64,000 bases of DNA, taken from Tubulanus polymorphus. Its lineage: Eukaryota > Animalia > Nemertea. A program made the position numbers and the translations under genes. How positions within the stretch are numbered: the first letter of the stretch is position 1; every line of letters begins with the position of its first letter. The notes below the pieces were generated by a model. It was not told where the DNA came from and ran no database searches. It saw only the letters and a program-made list of their open reading frames with translations. The DNA lies in NCBI RefSeq assembly GCF_964204645.1, contig NC_134029.1, forward strand, positions 8,148,850 through 8,212,849, written 5' to 3'. Shown here one piece after another: positions 14,285-29,148 of this stretch.

Positions 14285-14310
14285 CATTTTTATCATTATT
14301 ATTATTATTA
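14241..14310. repeat. (TTA)n microsatellite
   Basis: Direct reading; further short (TAT)n at ~17880 and ~20942, (TA)n at ~21349-21373. Confidence 0.9.
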
Positions 14311-17300
14311 GCTTGATCATGTTTTAGAACAAGCTGATATCATTCACTGTGATAGATTCGAGGCTCATTACTAGTAGGCGTGTTGCACTCGAGAATCGGG
14401 CGTGGTTTCGGTCGATGATGCCGGATCGGAGTTGAGTTTTTATGGACGTTCATCGAGGACGCGAAGTCATGATCGTCGGATGAGTGGTTTAAACCAAATT
14501 TAGCGACGTCACTTCGGAAGTCACTGCTCGGTGAAGATTCCTATTTGAACATTCTTTAAACTGAAAGAAAGCGTAGGTGGTTAAAAGCCAGTTATGGCAC
14601 GGGAAAGTTACGCATAGTAGAATCAGTTCGATTGTCTTCGAATTGTCGGTGTGAGGTCATGTATTGGTTTCACGCCCGAATCAAAGGGAATGGGGGTGGC
14701 TCGGCGAGCATTTTTGAATCGCGGAAAAGACATCGGAAGGTGGCTTATCGTCAGCAACAGTACGTAGGAAGATTATTGGGCCTTGGTGTTGTAGAAATTC
14801 ACTGTTGAACTATTTCAGATATTAATCTCGCATTTGATAAGAATATTCATTGTTAAGATATCGTTCTCCTCGAGCATTTCAATAGTTATCGTTTATCGAT
14901 GAACGTATCGCGAATTATTGATTTGGATGTTGTCAAATATTGTTAGATAGCGTATTATTACAATATATATATCGTTATTCGAATCGATTTGATAAGCATT
15001 TTTGGCTTAAAAAAAGCATCGCGGCGTTTTTTTTTAATAGAAATTTTACTTAGCCGCCCGTATCAGTCGCGTTGCTTCTGAGTTAAAAGTAGTAGCAGTG
15101 TTGTTCAAGCGCCGATTCCTGCACGTATTCCTCGGAAGGTTAAGCCTAGCTAGACCCGAGGCTAGATCGTTGTAAGAAGTTGGTACACACGCGACCGCCG
15201 ATTGTTGATCTGTTTCTCTGACAATCTTAAGAGCTCTCTGGTCGGCTGTGGCTTGATCCTTACCGAACGTTAAAAATCATAAGCAATACTCGTTGCTGAT
15301 AGGCTACGATGTTAAGATCAGTCGTCGGAAAACAGAACCTGTTCCATCCATACGATCGTTCGTCTTTACGATCGGTCTGTGATCGATGAGTCGTGGTCAT
15401 AAGTACACTCCACTCACGTCGAAAAAGTTCCCAATTAAAAAATCGCAGATTTGAATGCCAACGATCGGATCTCGATAGTCCACCCGAGTCGGGCTTTATT
15501 TTCATCGTTCAGAAATTACCTCTGAACATAGTTATACAAAGTTCGCCTGTTTTAATCGTTTAAGAGTTCCTTCCGGGAATCGATCTTGCGATGGATTGTC
15601 GTGTTTATCTATTTAGTAATTTCCACCGAGTGATTATTTTATAAATAAGTTTGTCGTCGTCGTAGTCCGTGGTTATCAAACTGATTGTGCTGCCCTGGAT
15701 TAAATATACCGGAGCATCCGTTTCATTATCAATTTCTATCGGCGAGATCATCCGATCATTATAACCAGTGGGCGAATGACGTACGGCGTTGTCTGTAATT
15801 TTGCTGAAACGTCGCCGCCGCGATCTCTAAATAAATCTTTATTACGCGATTGTAATCATCGTTGCGTCGTTTTCCCCGAGATCGCCGAATCAAATGGCAG
15901 TCGTGACGTTTTTCGTCTTTTTCAGGAAAAAGCTTAATTAGACAATCTGCGCAGTGTCGGCTAAGTGATTAGACTCGAGATGCCAAAAATGGCGGATATT
16001 TTTTCTCCTTGACATTTCGAGTGGAATTTACCCACTTTGGCATGATTGAAAAAAAAGTACCGGTAATAATAGGTTCGATTAATCAGAGCGGTAATTCGAT
16101 ATAGATGAAAGAAAATTAATTCGCATTTTAGGCTACTGCTAATTTGTAAATTGTACCATTGTCTCGGACTCTGATTAAAGACTGAAATGTGTGCAATTTT
16201 ATATGTATTATCTATACATACGTTTATATTCCCGGTCCATAGCTATTTTTCAAGCCCGGTTACGTTCAAGGCCTTCGTCGTCGCGAATATAGAAAAAGTG
16301 CATTTTGAAACTAACGAAGCTGTCTCACAGATAAACATACCGGTACTCATAAACACTTTTATCGAAAATTATTATAACCTCCCCCCTTCGAAGAAATTTA
16401 AGATTTAATTCAAGGGCAACTGGAAACGAAAATATTTGAGTTTTCAATTCTACATAGTTCATTTTTGATAAACCTTGGTCATCAATGGTTTTTGTAGTAT
16501 GTATTTTTATGCCACCAGCTCTTTCCTAAGAACATACAGAAAATTGATATAATTAACTAAAAATCCGACGGTTATGCTAACTTTCGATTTTCAAAACCTC
16601 TTTCCCGAATGTTGATATATAGAGAGCTTTCTATCCGAACTGTACAATTATAGATAGATCATAGGTCATACCTACCTACGCGTATGTAGACAATTTTGAG
16701 GATGATTCTTTTTTTTGCACTGCAGAATTTTGTGGAAAAAAAAATATATTGTACATGACAGTGCGTTCGTTACATAGAAATTATATATTGTGTATATGTA
16801 TATAGATGTTAAAACACCAATTTCATTCGAAGTAACATTGATATTGTTAAAAACTTTATACATATATATATATAGATAACATATTGTTTTAAATGTGATA
16901 TTATTCAGTTGTTGTATAGATTTTAGCGTTTTCATTGATTAACTAACATCTCTTATATCCGTATTTTAGCTAATGATACCTTATAGAAAAAAAAGAAGGC
17001 AAATTAAAACGAAATGTGACGTTCGCTATAATCAGTAATTTACCTGTGTTACTGATTACGTAATTTGAAGCTTATCTAGATACTACGCTTTGTTAAAACA
17101 CCTGCATTGACAGACGAAGTTTGGTCTATATTCCATTAGTTCAGTTATGATTTCTGTCCGTAATGGTCTCTTACATCTGAAGACTAGGTCTTAAGTTGTT
17201 AACTTAGATATATACAACCGAATAAGGCTAAATCCAAGCCTTGACAGTGCAACAAGCCCCAGGGCTTGATCCATTTGGCGCTGGATGTATTATCTCCAGA

Positions 17301-19287
17301 AGAACTTGGTGCAACTGATTTTCAATGGAATTGTCGTATGAAAACTGGTACGGTGGAACCTCGTTATAATGACTTTGGATATAACTACTGTTGCGTTTTG
17401 TGTATTTGATCCTGAACAGGTAAAATCTTCAAGTAATGTCATACATAACAAGCTATATGTTGAAACGGCCACATTTTGTGGTCCCCTGAAGCGTTACACA
17501 TTGGCGGTCGGTTGCCGACCAAGTTCTTACGGTATTTCACTAAAAATTCAAGTAGATATATTTAGGAAAAAAAACTGGCATTAGCTCAGATGGCGTCGGT
17601 GTTGTGATGTAAGTTATGTAAACTATATAAAAAGAATATGTGATTCAATTGATTTGTAAAATTTCGTATTGCATATGTTAAATGGCGGTTAGTTTAGTTT
17701 AAGTTTACGTTGTGCGCAAGAAAACTGGCATTGAACTTTTAGTATATTTGGTTTTAGTGAGTGGTGTTCGTACCTCATATGGTACAATATTGTATACATA
17801 TAAATGCCGCGAAATAGTTGAGTGACATTTTTTAACTGAATCAATTTGCCACTTTATATGTGTCCGTGTGCCAATATATTATTATTATTATTATTATTAT
17901 TGTTATGATTATTGATATTATCGTAAACCATAAAATCGTGCGTGTATATACATTTGTTATTTAGAATATCTTATGAACCGAGAGACATACACGATTGTTT
18001 TAGGCCTAGCGCATTGCTACAGTTGAGGGTTGGATTGTTGACCTGGCTCTGCTGATGGTAGCTCCCAGCAGACTAGCTGTACGTAGTTGAAATCAAAACG
18101 AAGTGGTTAACGTTTTTCAAATATTTTATGCAACCTTCGTCGATAATGTTTCGCACATCCGCTAGTCGCAGAGAAATTTTTTCCTATGTTGGTATCAATG
18201 CTGTAATCAATGCCAACTTGAGCCACCCATTCAGACATTCACTATGTCATGTGATCTATTCTATCACTGTTTTAGTGTGGCAATAAAGATGTTTTTAGTC
18301 CACCCATTTTGTAGGTCAATTACAGTTGAGGTCCCGAACACTGAGGAGATCTGCAGGATCAAAAATTGGGAGAACGGTGATAAAGTTTCAAATGTCTGAG
18401 GGGTGGGTCCAGACTGCGCATTGATACTTGCATTTAGATATAAACTGAATTGATAAAAATTTCAAAAGGATAGAGAAGATATGATATTTGTTGGTGAAAA
18501 TCAGCTATCAGCTCAGCCAGCTGCTTTCCAGAAATTTTCCAAGCGTTTTTGGCCCGACCAAAATTGTCGGACTAGGCCCGAGGCAAATTCGAGCGCGGGT
18601 CAAATTATTGCGCATGGATTGCAACTGGTTCTGGAAGCGACTCACTTTGCTTTACTTAAGCATTGTTTAGTATCGACTGAGTGGTTTACATGTGAACGCG
18701 CTTTCAAGTTTAACCCGAGCCTGATCCTCGCCAATTTGGCCGCGGCCAAATCGTCTCTGTTATTTTGCGGCGTAGATGAAATGGTTATTTTCTTAATCAC
18801 CCGTGCATTGAAACATTAGCAGAATAGGTCCTCGTATGATATCGTATATGTCCATATATAGCGGCTTTATTTTAACGCTTGTCTCGGTAAAGCGAAGTTC
18901 ACTGCTCGTAGAATACATATCCGCCCAAGTTCCTACATCCTGCCAACTCGGATAATCAGCTGTCTGCTCCAAACATTGTGTAAATAATAACTAAAATCCG
19001 AATGTGCTGAATATGTGATTATGTTTTCAATTCGAGGCGATAGCGCCTCCGCTTAATTTGGGAGTTATATATATTTTAGGAATGTGCCGCATCCGCTTAA
19101 TAATCTGAAAGGTATATATTTTAGAAATGTGCTGCGTATAATATATTTAGAAATGGGCCCCTTCGAATCAGAAATTATTTTTTGAAATCGAACGGCGTCT
19201 TGGTATACCCAGAGGTATGGATCTGCAGCCTGCCATCACCATCGTCGGGTTGACTTGTGTGAAGTCAGGATGGTTATTCTAATTGCA

Positions 19288-19412
19288 GGGTACCTATGAC
19301 TCGGTGATTCCTCAAAGATTCCTAAATAGTAAATGCTTTTGAAGGTGCTTGAAAGTTCAATTTTCATAAATCGGCAATTTGATACTTGTGCAGTAGACTA
19401 CCCCTAAATCAG
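19288..19412. repeat. Dispersed repeat, inverted homolog at ~31415-31605
   Basis: GTAGACTACCCCTAAATCA and TATGACTC...GATTCCT blocks appear as reverse complements at the second locus. Confidence 0.55.
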
Positions 19413-22372
19413 TACAGTTGGGACGGGATCTTTTCGGTACTCTATTATGCCACCAAATCAGACACCGAGTTTAGTAGTGTCAATGATAAAAATTTGCTTA
19501 TAAAACCACCGAATTAACGGTTTACCGAAGTTGAACAGTACCAATTTAGGAGAAGTCTACTGTAATTGGGATATAAAAGTGATGCAGACGCTTCCTCGAA
19601 ATATGAAATTTTCTCCTTGAAATCTGCTTATATCCAGGAATGACTGATCTGTAGGGACCCTGGATTCATTGGTGATATGGACTGGGGGTCCATGGTGATA
19701 CGAATTAAGCGAAAGGGTTGGTTCAGGCTGCAGATTGATTGATGCATAACAATTAAATCGTTTTCATCTTTTTTAATTCCACGAGATGATTTTGCGATAA
19801 TCATTCAAAATGATTGCTATCGAGATAGATGATGGACTTCGGCTTATGATTAAGGATTCCATCTAACTAAACGGTACTTATGATCGGACTAGATCTGTCT
19901 TCTGTTGATGATTATATTCGGGCATGGAGAACATTTCTTTTAAGCATTTTTGTTAGATTTTATGACTACTATTTAGAGAGAGTAGCCCTAAGTATCTTGT
20001 TGTTTTATCGATGTCAAACCGGTGTGTGCGTTGTTGTTTTTAATTATCGAATTGTTATATTTACTACCAGCATTTGTTATTTTCATTGTTAGAACCGAAG
20101 TGAAAGATAGTCTTGTTGCCAGAAAACGGTTTGTAGAATTATGCCATTCTCTTTTTCGAGCTCAGTGCATAGCTCTCCCGACAAATTGCAGACTATGAGA
20201 GCTGTTTCGATCCCAATTCAGGGGTAAAACGTAAAATTTTCTCATAAAAAGTTCATGGATAATGCAAGCAGAGCTTATTTGCCCGATTGCCGCGGCCAAT
20301 TGCCAATTTTTGACAGGTTCGGTATGTTGCGGTGGTGAATTTATTTCAATATCTCCAAAAACATGGAATTCAAGGAAAGAAAAAAACGTCATTCAGTAAA
20401 TTGTTGTTGCGACTTTCGCCACTGTTGACAGTTCCAAATTTCATATTTTCAAGTCACCTGGGGTCCAGCTCGGCAGTTGTCACTGCTTGTTCATCTGATT
20501 CAAATTATCAATTAAAAAAGAACTAGTCCTGAAATTCCAATAAGCTCAAGTAGACTCATCTTCACTCAATCAAGTCGGCAGATTTTACAAAAAGCTTTTC
20601 GGATAAACCTTAATCAGCCTTCGGATAACCTGTCGATTAGAAACTGGATAAAATATTTACAATCCTGATACTACCAAGTAAGGCGTAGTCTACATGATAA
20701 CACATTAACCAAATAATCAATCCACATCTGCTTTACAATGCGAATAAGTTTAAAGGAAATATGCTTTCTGTATGTAGTTAAATGTTTTCTAAGATATGGG
20801 CATATATATTATGAAATATTACGTTTATTCGTGGGCATATAGATGAAAAAGTGACAGAGCTCGAAAGAGCCGAGATGTACTTATCAACATTTAACAGGGT
20901 TACGATTAGAATTAAGTGATTATTGTGATTAATTATCATCCTATTATTATTATTATTATTATTTTGGTGTTTAAGCCTTGTCGTTGTTGTGAGAGTGGTG
21001 AAAAAAATTTCGCGTGAAAACTTGGATGTTTTTTTTTCCTCTTAATTTTAATGTTAGATGTGAGAAAAAAAAAATAATGTTGGCGCACGTAAATCTCTAG
21101 GCTCATTACGATTGAAACATCGAGTGTTAATTTTTCTCCCCTTGGCTAAAAAAAGAAAAGGCGTGTTTTTCACGCTTGCGACGTCGCTTGCTTCTCCGTC
21201 TGTTCGGAAAGAATTTATTACATTATTCATTCCCTAAAAAAAAAAACAAATCTTCGTACGAATCTTTCAGGACAAAATTTCCACGCGTGGGGAAATTTCT
21301 TCGTTCGTGTTTTATTTGTGATCGGTCGAATTTTCGCGAAAATTCAGTGATATATATATATATATATATATATCGTTTACCAGTATACAATTTGGCATTG
21401 CATTTCTCTCTCTCTCTCTGGCTTTTTAATCAATGCCGGTATATATATTTTAAGGGCGGTTACGATTTTCTTCTTTTAATCCGGTTTTGTCACAACGTTC
21501 CCTGGTTGAGATCGCGCGAACGCTCCGCGATCTATGTATAGTTTCGGCTGGAAAACTTACCTATTAATACTGAATTTAATCGAATTAAACCGACTTTCCG
21601 AAAACGCAAATACTACAACTTTTAATATCGTTTGAAGCTTAAAGATCGGTTGAAACCAATTTTATAAAACGCAATCGTAATCATATAATATATACCTGTA
21701 TATGTTTGCTACGGTATATACCCTAGATTGCGTTTTTTGAAACTGGAATCGGCCGTGTTGCTTTTGTAGTGAGAATATCGACTATCAGGTAAAAACCTCA
21801 ATTATATAAATGAATATATATATATATATATAATTATATATTATATCAGATTGTTGATTAAATGTTTGACTGTTGTTGATGAAGAAAAAAAGAAGAGATT
21901 TCACACCAAACTATTTTGTACTTAAAGATTTTTGCATGTCTCATCGTATTGTGCTTATCATGCACTTTGTTATATCAAATAAAATTTTCACCAGCTTATT
22001 AAAAGTAAAATATGTTAGAAAATATCGGTCTTCGGTTGTTTACTTAGTTTAACGAGATATGTTTACAATTTTGTTCCCGAACGATATGAAAGCTGATGTG
22101 ATCAGTGATGGATAGCAGACGACAATGTCACCAGTATTCTGTTCATAGTTTTCCATCTCCTGTACTTCAACTCTCTCAGCCACTGACAAAAAAATCATCT
22201 CTATTTTATGCCGGAGCTCGGCCATTGTTCAGAATTCGACCAATGAGGATGAAGCAGTATGTTCACGCTATGAGCTAATGCAATAAAGCCCGATGACGGT
22301 ATCAAACTTGTTTGATTTTGGAAACATTCCTGAAACTACATTTCTCGTAACCGCTCGCGACTTGGGTATATA

Positions 22373-22526
22373 CAGTAAACCTCGCCATACCCTGGACATG
22401 GCTAACTTGGACAAAAGTGAAATCATTTTTCTGACTTCCTAACATATTTTCCTATCTTTTCTCGAGACCTGTACCTCCGGCCAGTGTCGTCGGTCCCAGA
22501 TTGTCCGAGTTAGGCAAGGTTTACTG
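22373..22526. mobile_element. pogo/Tigger-like (Tc1-mariner) MITE, degenerate
   Basis: CAGTAAACCTCGCC ... GGCAAGGTTTACTG termini, TA on the left; similar CAGT-type relics at ~22890-23005 and ~23607-23757. Confidence 0.5.
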
Positions 22527-23156
22527 AATGAAGCAATGAATGCAGTAAGTTAAACGACAATTGAGAAGGATATCTGGTAGTTGGCAGGACCTTGTTGATG
22601 CTTAATAGGGGAAAAGTCATATGCATCATCTTGTTTTGATTTCTTCAAAGGACTTGGGGTTCTAGCAACACTTGGAGACCAACTGAATGGAATGAGAATG
22701 CAGGAAGATGACTAATCTGAATGACTGACTATACAGTCTATTATGACACCATGTTGAGAGTATGAAATAGTGGTATTTTGGATGTATTTTCATTGAATTT
22801 GGGTTAGATTTGGCATACTGGTATTTTTAATCAGTAATAATGCTGGTGTTTAAGTAAGCTATGGTGGGTTAAAATGGACAACAATTTAAATACAATCAAA
22901 CTCGCTTAAGTCATCATATTCAGGACAATCTTTATGATGACTTACAGATTGGGACTAATAAAACAGTGACGCCTTGAGTAATATGACGACTTAGCCGAGT
23001 TCGAATTTTATTTCAAACCTTTTCTTTATGTTCCTTCAACATACCAACAAACCTTTCAATAGATACATTGCAGTCAATGCAGAAAGAAAGCCCACCAAAC
23101 CACAAAAGCGAAATAAATTTCAAAATAAAATAAAAAGTCATGAATTTATTTCACAG

Positions 23157-26100
23157 TCACGGAGATACAGTTTCACGTATCAAATATTGTCTATCGTCTC
23201 TACACGGCAATAATGTGTAGGAATTCATTCCTATTGTATATATTCCAGGTTCTCCGCTGCTGTTCAATAATACCGGGCTGTGATTGAATCCATGAACGGT
23301 AAGACTCATCCACCCACAATCAGCAGCAGTCTTCATATGTTCTCTGAAATTATACAGTACAGTAGTTTCTCCTCAATACAAATCCTTTCAGTCAAAATCA
23401 TGAACTGAAAACAAATCAGTAGAATTTCAAAATTCTCAATGTCTAACTGGAATTACCACCTGCCTCGAAAAAAAAATTCTGGTTCCACCAATTGATTTAA
23501 GTTAGGAGTTGACGCTAACATCAATTCAAATTTAGTTGAAGTTAGGAGTTGACGCTAATTTAGTTGAAATGTAGATGTACACAACACAATAGAGCCATCC
23601 TGGTTACAGTTAAGCTCACCTTACCGGACAAAATTGGTCTGAGGCAAGCTAAGTCCACATAAAGGATAGGAAAATACGTTAGAAAATTTTCTTTTCCGCG
23701 CAAGTTCATCAAAAGTCCCGGTTTGGCCATGTCCGAGTAAGGTGAAATTTACTCTACAGTTCTCAAATACATACGACTCTTCAAGACTAGAGTTAAATCT
23801 AGTTCATTCGCGATGTATAAAGCTGACCGGAATTCTAACCCAGAACTGCGTAACTGGCTCCAGTCAAAACAATCCATAGGTTTAGAAGAAATCTGGATTA
23901 TTCTTAAGTTGAGATGAACTGCAGTATCTGAAAATTCCCTGCGCTATGAATTGGTTAACCGAGAGTTAAGTGCCTATGCATGAATTACTTCTAAAAATTA
24001 CACCCTAAAATCCTATTTTTTGCTCATAGCTTAGCAATTATCGATGTGCTTAAGAATCCACGAAAGAGGGTGAAAATATCTTACCGAATGATTTCATAAA
24101 TACGCTCAATGAGCCTCACAGGAAGAAAGCCGGATACGTGGAAGACATCGAGATTGCTAATGTTTTTGGTCGATGAGCAAGCACAATGACAAACCGCGGG
24201 ATCACTATCACTGTTCACTTCCATAGGAGCTGGGTCACCTTCGCTGAAACATCACACAAAAAAACTAACTTAACCCTTTCAGTGCAGACTAATTAATACC
24301 CTATAGTGCAGGAGATAATTTGAAATATTTTTTAAAATTCCACCCTAGTGTGTTGAATAACGGGAATACCACTAAAGTGCGTCTACACCGCAGCGCAATG
24401 TATCATTAGTTACTAGTATTTCACTATGTTTGACAGGTGCTGTTATTTTTCAAGAGAGATAATTATTAATTACATCAATACACCACATTGTGGTGTACTA
24501 GCAAAATCTATCACTGATTTATACCGCACTGCGGTGTAGACGCACTGAAAGGGTTAAAAGTTTTATTGACACTACGAAAAATTACATAATATTGCATAAT
24601 ATTGTCGGCAATGAATAACATAACATAAATTTCAAAACATTAGGCAACAATACAGTTATTTTGGATTGAGATACATCGACAATTATATTGAATTGACCGG
24701 CAACCAGTCTATGCCTGATATAATAGTGATGACATAGTATCTTCTCAAAAATAATTTATCAAATGTAAGATAAGAGTTGAAATTATTCAATTACAAATTA
24801 AACGCCAAAATTCACAATTGTTATTATGATTGAATGAGTTTCCACTCGGTAGCATGACTCCCAGTTTTAAACAATGCATGTACAGAAAGTTACCTGACAA
24901 TGCCACAATTAACAGCTCCAAGCCACTCGTATAAATTCTCTATTTCCTCGCTCTCATCTTCGGCATCCACTAACCAACCGGAGTCCAACGTCGGAACGGT
25001 CACATTTTCTTGCTTACAAGTTTCAACTATTGTCTTCTTTTCTTTATAATTCACGTCAAAATTCTTGAAATACTCTGCCAGCGACACGGGATGGACGTCC
25101 TTATCTGAACGAAATTCATACCAGTATCAGAGATGGAATGGTTAAGAAAATGACATTTCTCAACCCATCAAACCTATCAGTGGTAACAGATTCAAGGCTG
25201 TTCATGTTTCTGAGGGCAAAAGAAGAACCAGCAAACAAGAAACTCTGCCACAAAAGACGCTCAACAACTACGCATGTTTTCATCTCGAAATATATCCAAT
25301 TCACTTAGAATTACTGATAATATATCTCATCTGGTTTATACGGGGACAATCTGTGGAATTTGTTTTAGACAATGCATATCTATTTTGGTTTCCATTGAAA
25401 GTAAACCCACAATTATAAAGAAGAACTATCAGAGTAGTTTCACTCAAATGCTATATGAGCTATTTTCAAAACAGTTTTAATTTCCTCCAATAGCCAGTGA
25501 ATTTGAAGTTTAGAAAATGGCTTATAGCATTTGAGTCGAAAGTCAAACCACGTTCAGTGTATTCCTTGGTAATTGTGGTTTTTTCTTCGACGCACATCTA
25601 CTGCTATATTTTCTAAAATTCAGAAGCAGAGATTTCAACCAACAAATTTCCAAATCAGGGTTAATTTTTTCGGGGACATACTTAAAGGGAAACCAAAGAA
25701 AAAATCTATCATGATACATCGATTATCTTTCCAACAATGAACTGAAGGATGGCTTAATCTATGTGCCCCAGTCATTGATTGCTATACGTACTGTCTGGAA
25801 TCCAACTTGCGAAGAAATCGAATGATAACTTCGATTCTGTGAGAATCTTCTTGACGTGTTCGTAATATTTACTCCCTGGCTTGAACAGAGGACTGACCAG
25901 ATCAATAGTAACCACTGCAATTACAAAGCATTCGATATATAAACATGTATGAAGAAACCGGTATACCTGAATTTTCAATTTGAAAATTTACCATTTCCAG
26001 AAGAAAACGCAAACTAAAATCTAGGGGTCTACACCATGCCCACTTCGGGAAATACCTGGCAATTGATCAATTTCTACATTCAACTCCCTGGTAAACAAAT

Positions 26101-28619
26101 ACAGTAATCGATTACCTTGAAACTTACTACAATCATAGAAGATGTTGTAAGCTACAATTTCTATTGTGGTTATTGACTGAGTAGATGCCAAATTGGGCTC
26201 CGATCAGATCTCTTTAGACATTCATATAAGAATAATGCGTTGGTAAAGTATGAGAAGAAACTACTTACCATGATTTCTTCTCCGTTTTGTATTGTAATGA
26301 GATAAATTCCCGGTTAATTGCAAGCGTTCGTACGTTTCTTCAGTCAAATGCAAGACAAGCTCACCTGCAAAGTTAGAAGCTATCAAATAATGCCTCGAGA
26401 TAATCAGGGGATTCAAGACAGGTAGAAAAATTTCTGGATCGATTATAAATGCGTGTTCAAACTATAAACCATTGTAATCTGAACGAATATGTCACGAAAT
26501 ATATGAAAGAAATCCCACAATAATTCAGCCAAAGATCTAAAGATGTGCGTATATATTTGAGCAATGTTTCGGCCAATGATGTACTAGATGTACTGATGAT
26601 ATTCATCTTATACAGATATTGTGTATCATCTCGGTCATGAAATACTTAATATTAAAAAAAAAATCCCAACATAAATGTTCGTGTTTGATAGTTGGATTTC
26701 GAGACCTTACTAGGGGTCCAAGGATACCATGCCCACTCGAGGAAATGCTTGAGAATCTGACAATTTTAATATTCAACACACCTGGTGAACACATACAGTA
26801 CTCATTGAGCTTGAAACTCACCATATCGAAGTACTTGTCATGAGCTAGAATTTTTTGATTGATTATGGTTACAAAAGAAATATGAATAGGTACCAATATA
26901 CGGAAATATTATGCTATTTTGATATTCGGACACTTGTGAACATAGCCTAAGTCGGAAGTGGCCTAAAAATGGGCCAAATTGCTGCCGTGTGCAGTACGAG
27001 AATCTTACACACTTGCTAGTGAGCGACAGCCTGCCTAATACATGAAGTGGTTTATAAACACACTCGACCAAGTGCTCAATACTGAATATATGAATTGTAG
27101 AAATGTAGTGTTTCATATGGTGCGTTAATGAAAGTTTTCTGAATGAAATAAACAGGTTCGGTTCCACAGTTGTAAGTAAGAGTTATCTCAGAGTTAACAT
27201 CAGTTCATTTTAACTCTAGGGTTAAATTTAACTCAGAACTGTGGAACTGGACCCTGCTTTTTTGTTTTGCAGAAACTAGAGGTAAACTTTCACATGAGGT
27301 ACATGAAAAATTTGAATCATTAAAAACCATTGATAAAACACTAGGGCCCTATATCTGGGTTGTGACGATAATGTGTAGAGAATCCCACAACAGTAAAAAA
27401 AAAAGATATATGGTCCGAAAATGTTTCCTTAAGCTAGTGGTTTATTCGAGGTTTCGACTATATTCTAACTGAATAGACATCTTGAAGAATACTTGGGATT
27501 CTCTACACAAAAATCAATGAAATTAGAGGACAAAAAGTTAGGTCGACTTTTACAGGAATTCAACTGAATTCCAGGTATATCTTATTTTACCAGTTGATAG
27601 AAGAGCTGCACAGTCTTCGCCGTCAAGGCAGCTTCCATCAGAGAGCAGAGAGACTTGTCCTCGTTTTAGGAATGCGCCAATAAAATCCGGTTTGGTCAGA
27701 TGAGACAGGGGAAGCGATTTGATCAGAAAATACTCAAACAATTCTGGATTTTCGGTCTGAATCCGCGCAAGCTGTAATTCCAAACCTTCGGCGCGACAAG
27801 GTACTATAAGGTCGAGCTGAAAAATATAAGTCACTATCTTGATACGAAATTGGGAAGTTTATCAAACAGGAAAAGATCTTACTGAAAAAGGGCCAAGAGA
27901 CAGGGAACACAGTACAGTAGGCCTAGACTGCAGCTTAACCAATAACTTTGGATCTTTCTTTTTCTTATGAATTAGGCCATTACCTGATTGAAGAACTGGG
28001 GAAATCAATGGATAGAAATACAAAATAGTTGAAATAAAAATAAGTCTAATGGCATAGGCCTATTACACTAATATCTTTGTATATGATAAATAAACTACAA
28101 GACCATAGCAAATCGCTGATCATCAGCACCCAATGAATAACGCTAGATTATTGTTTGGAAAACATTTATTTAGACTCCCAACTTTATTAGTCAGTAACCT
28201 AAATGACAACACGCCTAGTTTCATGATTTGGGGCAAGACGAAAAAGAGTAGTGTCTATTTAAGCCAACTAGGTTGATAGACTTTACGCTACGTTCCCCGT
28301 AGTCAGAAAAGTCACATGTACCCAATATGGTCCTCTATTGGCTCAATAATCTGCAGTGGAATAGTTTTTGCACAATAAAGTGAATTTAATTTTAAAATTC
28401 GGTGGTAACGAGTATTTTCTCGTCAAAAGGTTCCCTTTCAAATACCGGCGTTTATCGGACTGCAAGATCAAAACATCCTACCGATTGGTTGAACCAATGT
28501 TTTTCGATACAATCTTTGATTTGGGCATCTTCTTTCGACTTGTCGCGTTCGTCTAGTTTGGAAAAGTGAAGATCGAACTCTTCAGTTTCCAACGCGAGTT
28601 TCAATGTGGAGCTCAACAT
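23157..28619 (-). CDS. RPP40: Ribonuclease P/MRP protein subunit p40, ~379 aa; exons 28482-28619, 27591-27816, 26269-26364, 25792-25914, 24894-25104, 24085-24243, 23157-23343
   Basis: Seven GT-AG exons join in frame. Rpp40-like motifs LPLSHLTKPDFIGAFLKRG, CAALLSTGELVLHLTEETYERLQLTG, LYEWLGAV, WMSLTVHGFNHSPV; AATAAA just after the stop. Confidence 0.85.
24274..24553. mobile_element. piggyBac-type MITE (second copy, opposite orientation)
   Basis: TTAA TSDs, CCCTTTCAGTGC TIRs; internal sequence is the reverse complement of 7849-8143. Confidence 0.85.
27160..27256. mobile_element. Short Harbinger-like MITE; homolog at ~63250-63368
   Basis: GTTCCACAG...CTGTGGAACTGGACCC inverted termini shared by the two loci. 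Confidence 0.5.
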
Positions 28620-28654
28620 TTTGGTGTCGGATAATTGACGTTGTGCAAAATCCG

Positions 28655-28662
28655 TGACGTCA
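28655..28662. promoter_or_regulatory. Palindromic CRE (TGACGTCA) just upstream of the RPP40 start
   Basis: Exact CREB/ATF consensus ~35 bp from the ATG; function not shown. Confidence 0.35.
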
Positions 28663-29148
28663 CATGTTTGTGTATTGGGTTCGAATCCGTATCTGAAAAA
28701 TCAATTCAGATCAAGCTGGGCCCAAATCGAATCAAGACAAATCCAAGAAGAAATAACGATAGAGAAACGAAAAAAATTCAATACTATCAATCCTTTTAAT
28801 CGAGAATAAGAAATTACTGCGATTTGAAATTATTCATATTCTGATGTTCAATTTTGAATAAAAAATAGTAATTGTCTCTTACCTCAACAATTAAAGATAT
28901 TGATAAAAAATGTTTTCTCTACGAAACTGAAGCAAGTCAGAAGTCCATCAGTTGGTTTGGGATCTGTAAATTTGGGATCACAACCCAAGTTTTGACCAGT
29001 GCGAGATCTTATGGTGTCCACTTCTAAGCAACTCCTCAAGTTTCAACATAAACTGAGCAGAAACATTTCAATAATTACCTCTTATTTATTAATCTAAATA
29101 TGGACTTTACTACAATGAAAATGAGCGTTGTTTTCAAAAATATTGAGA

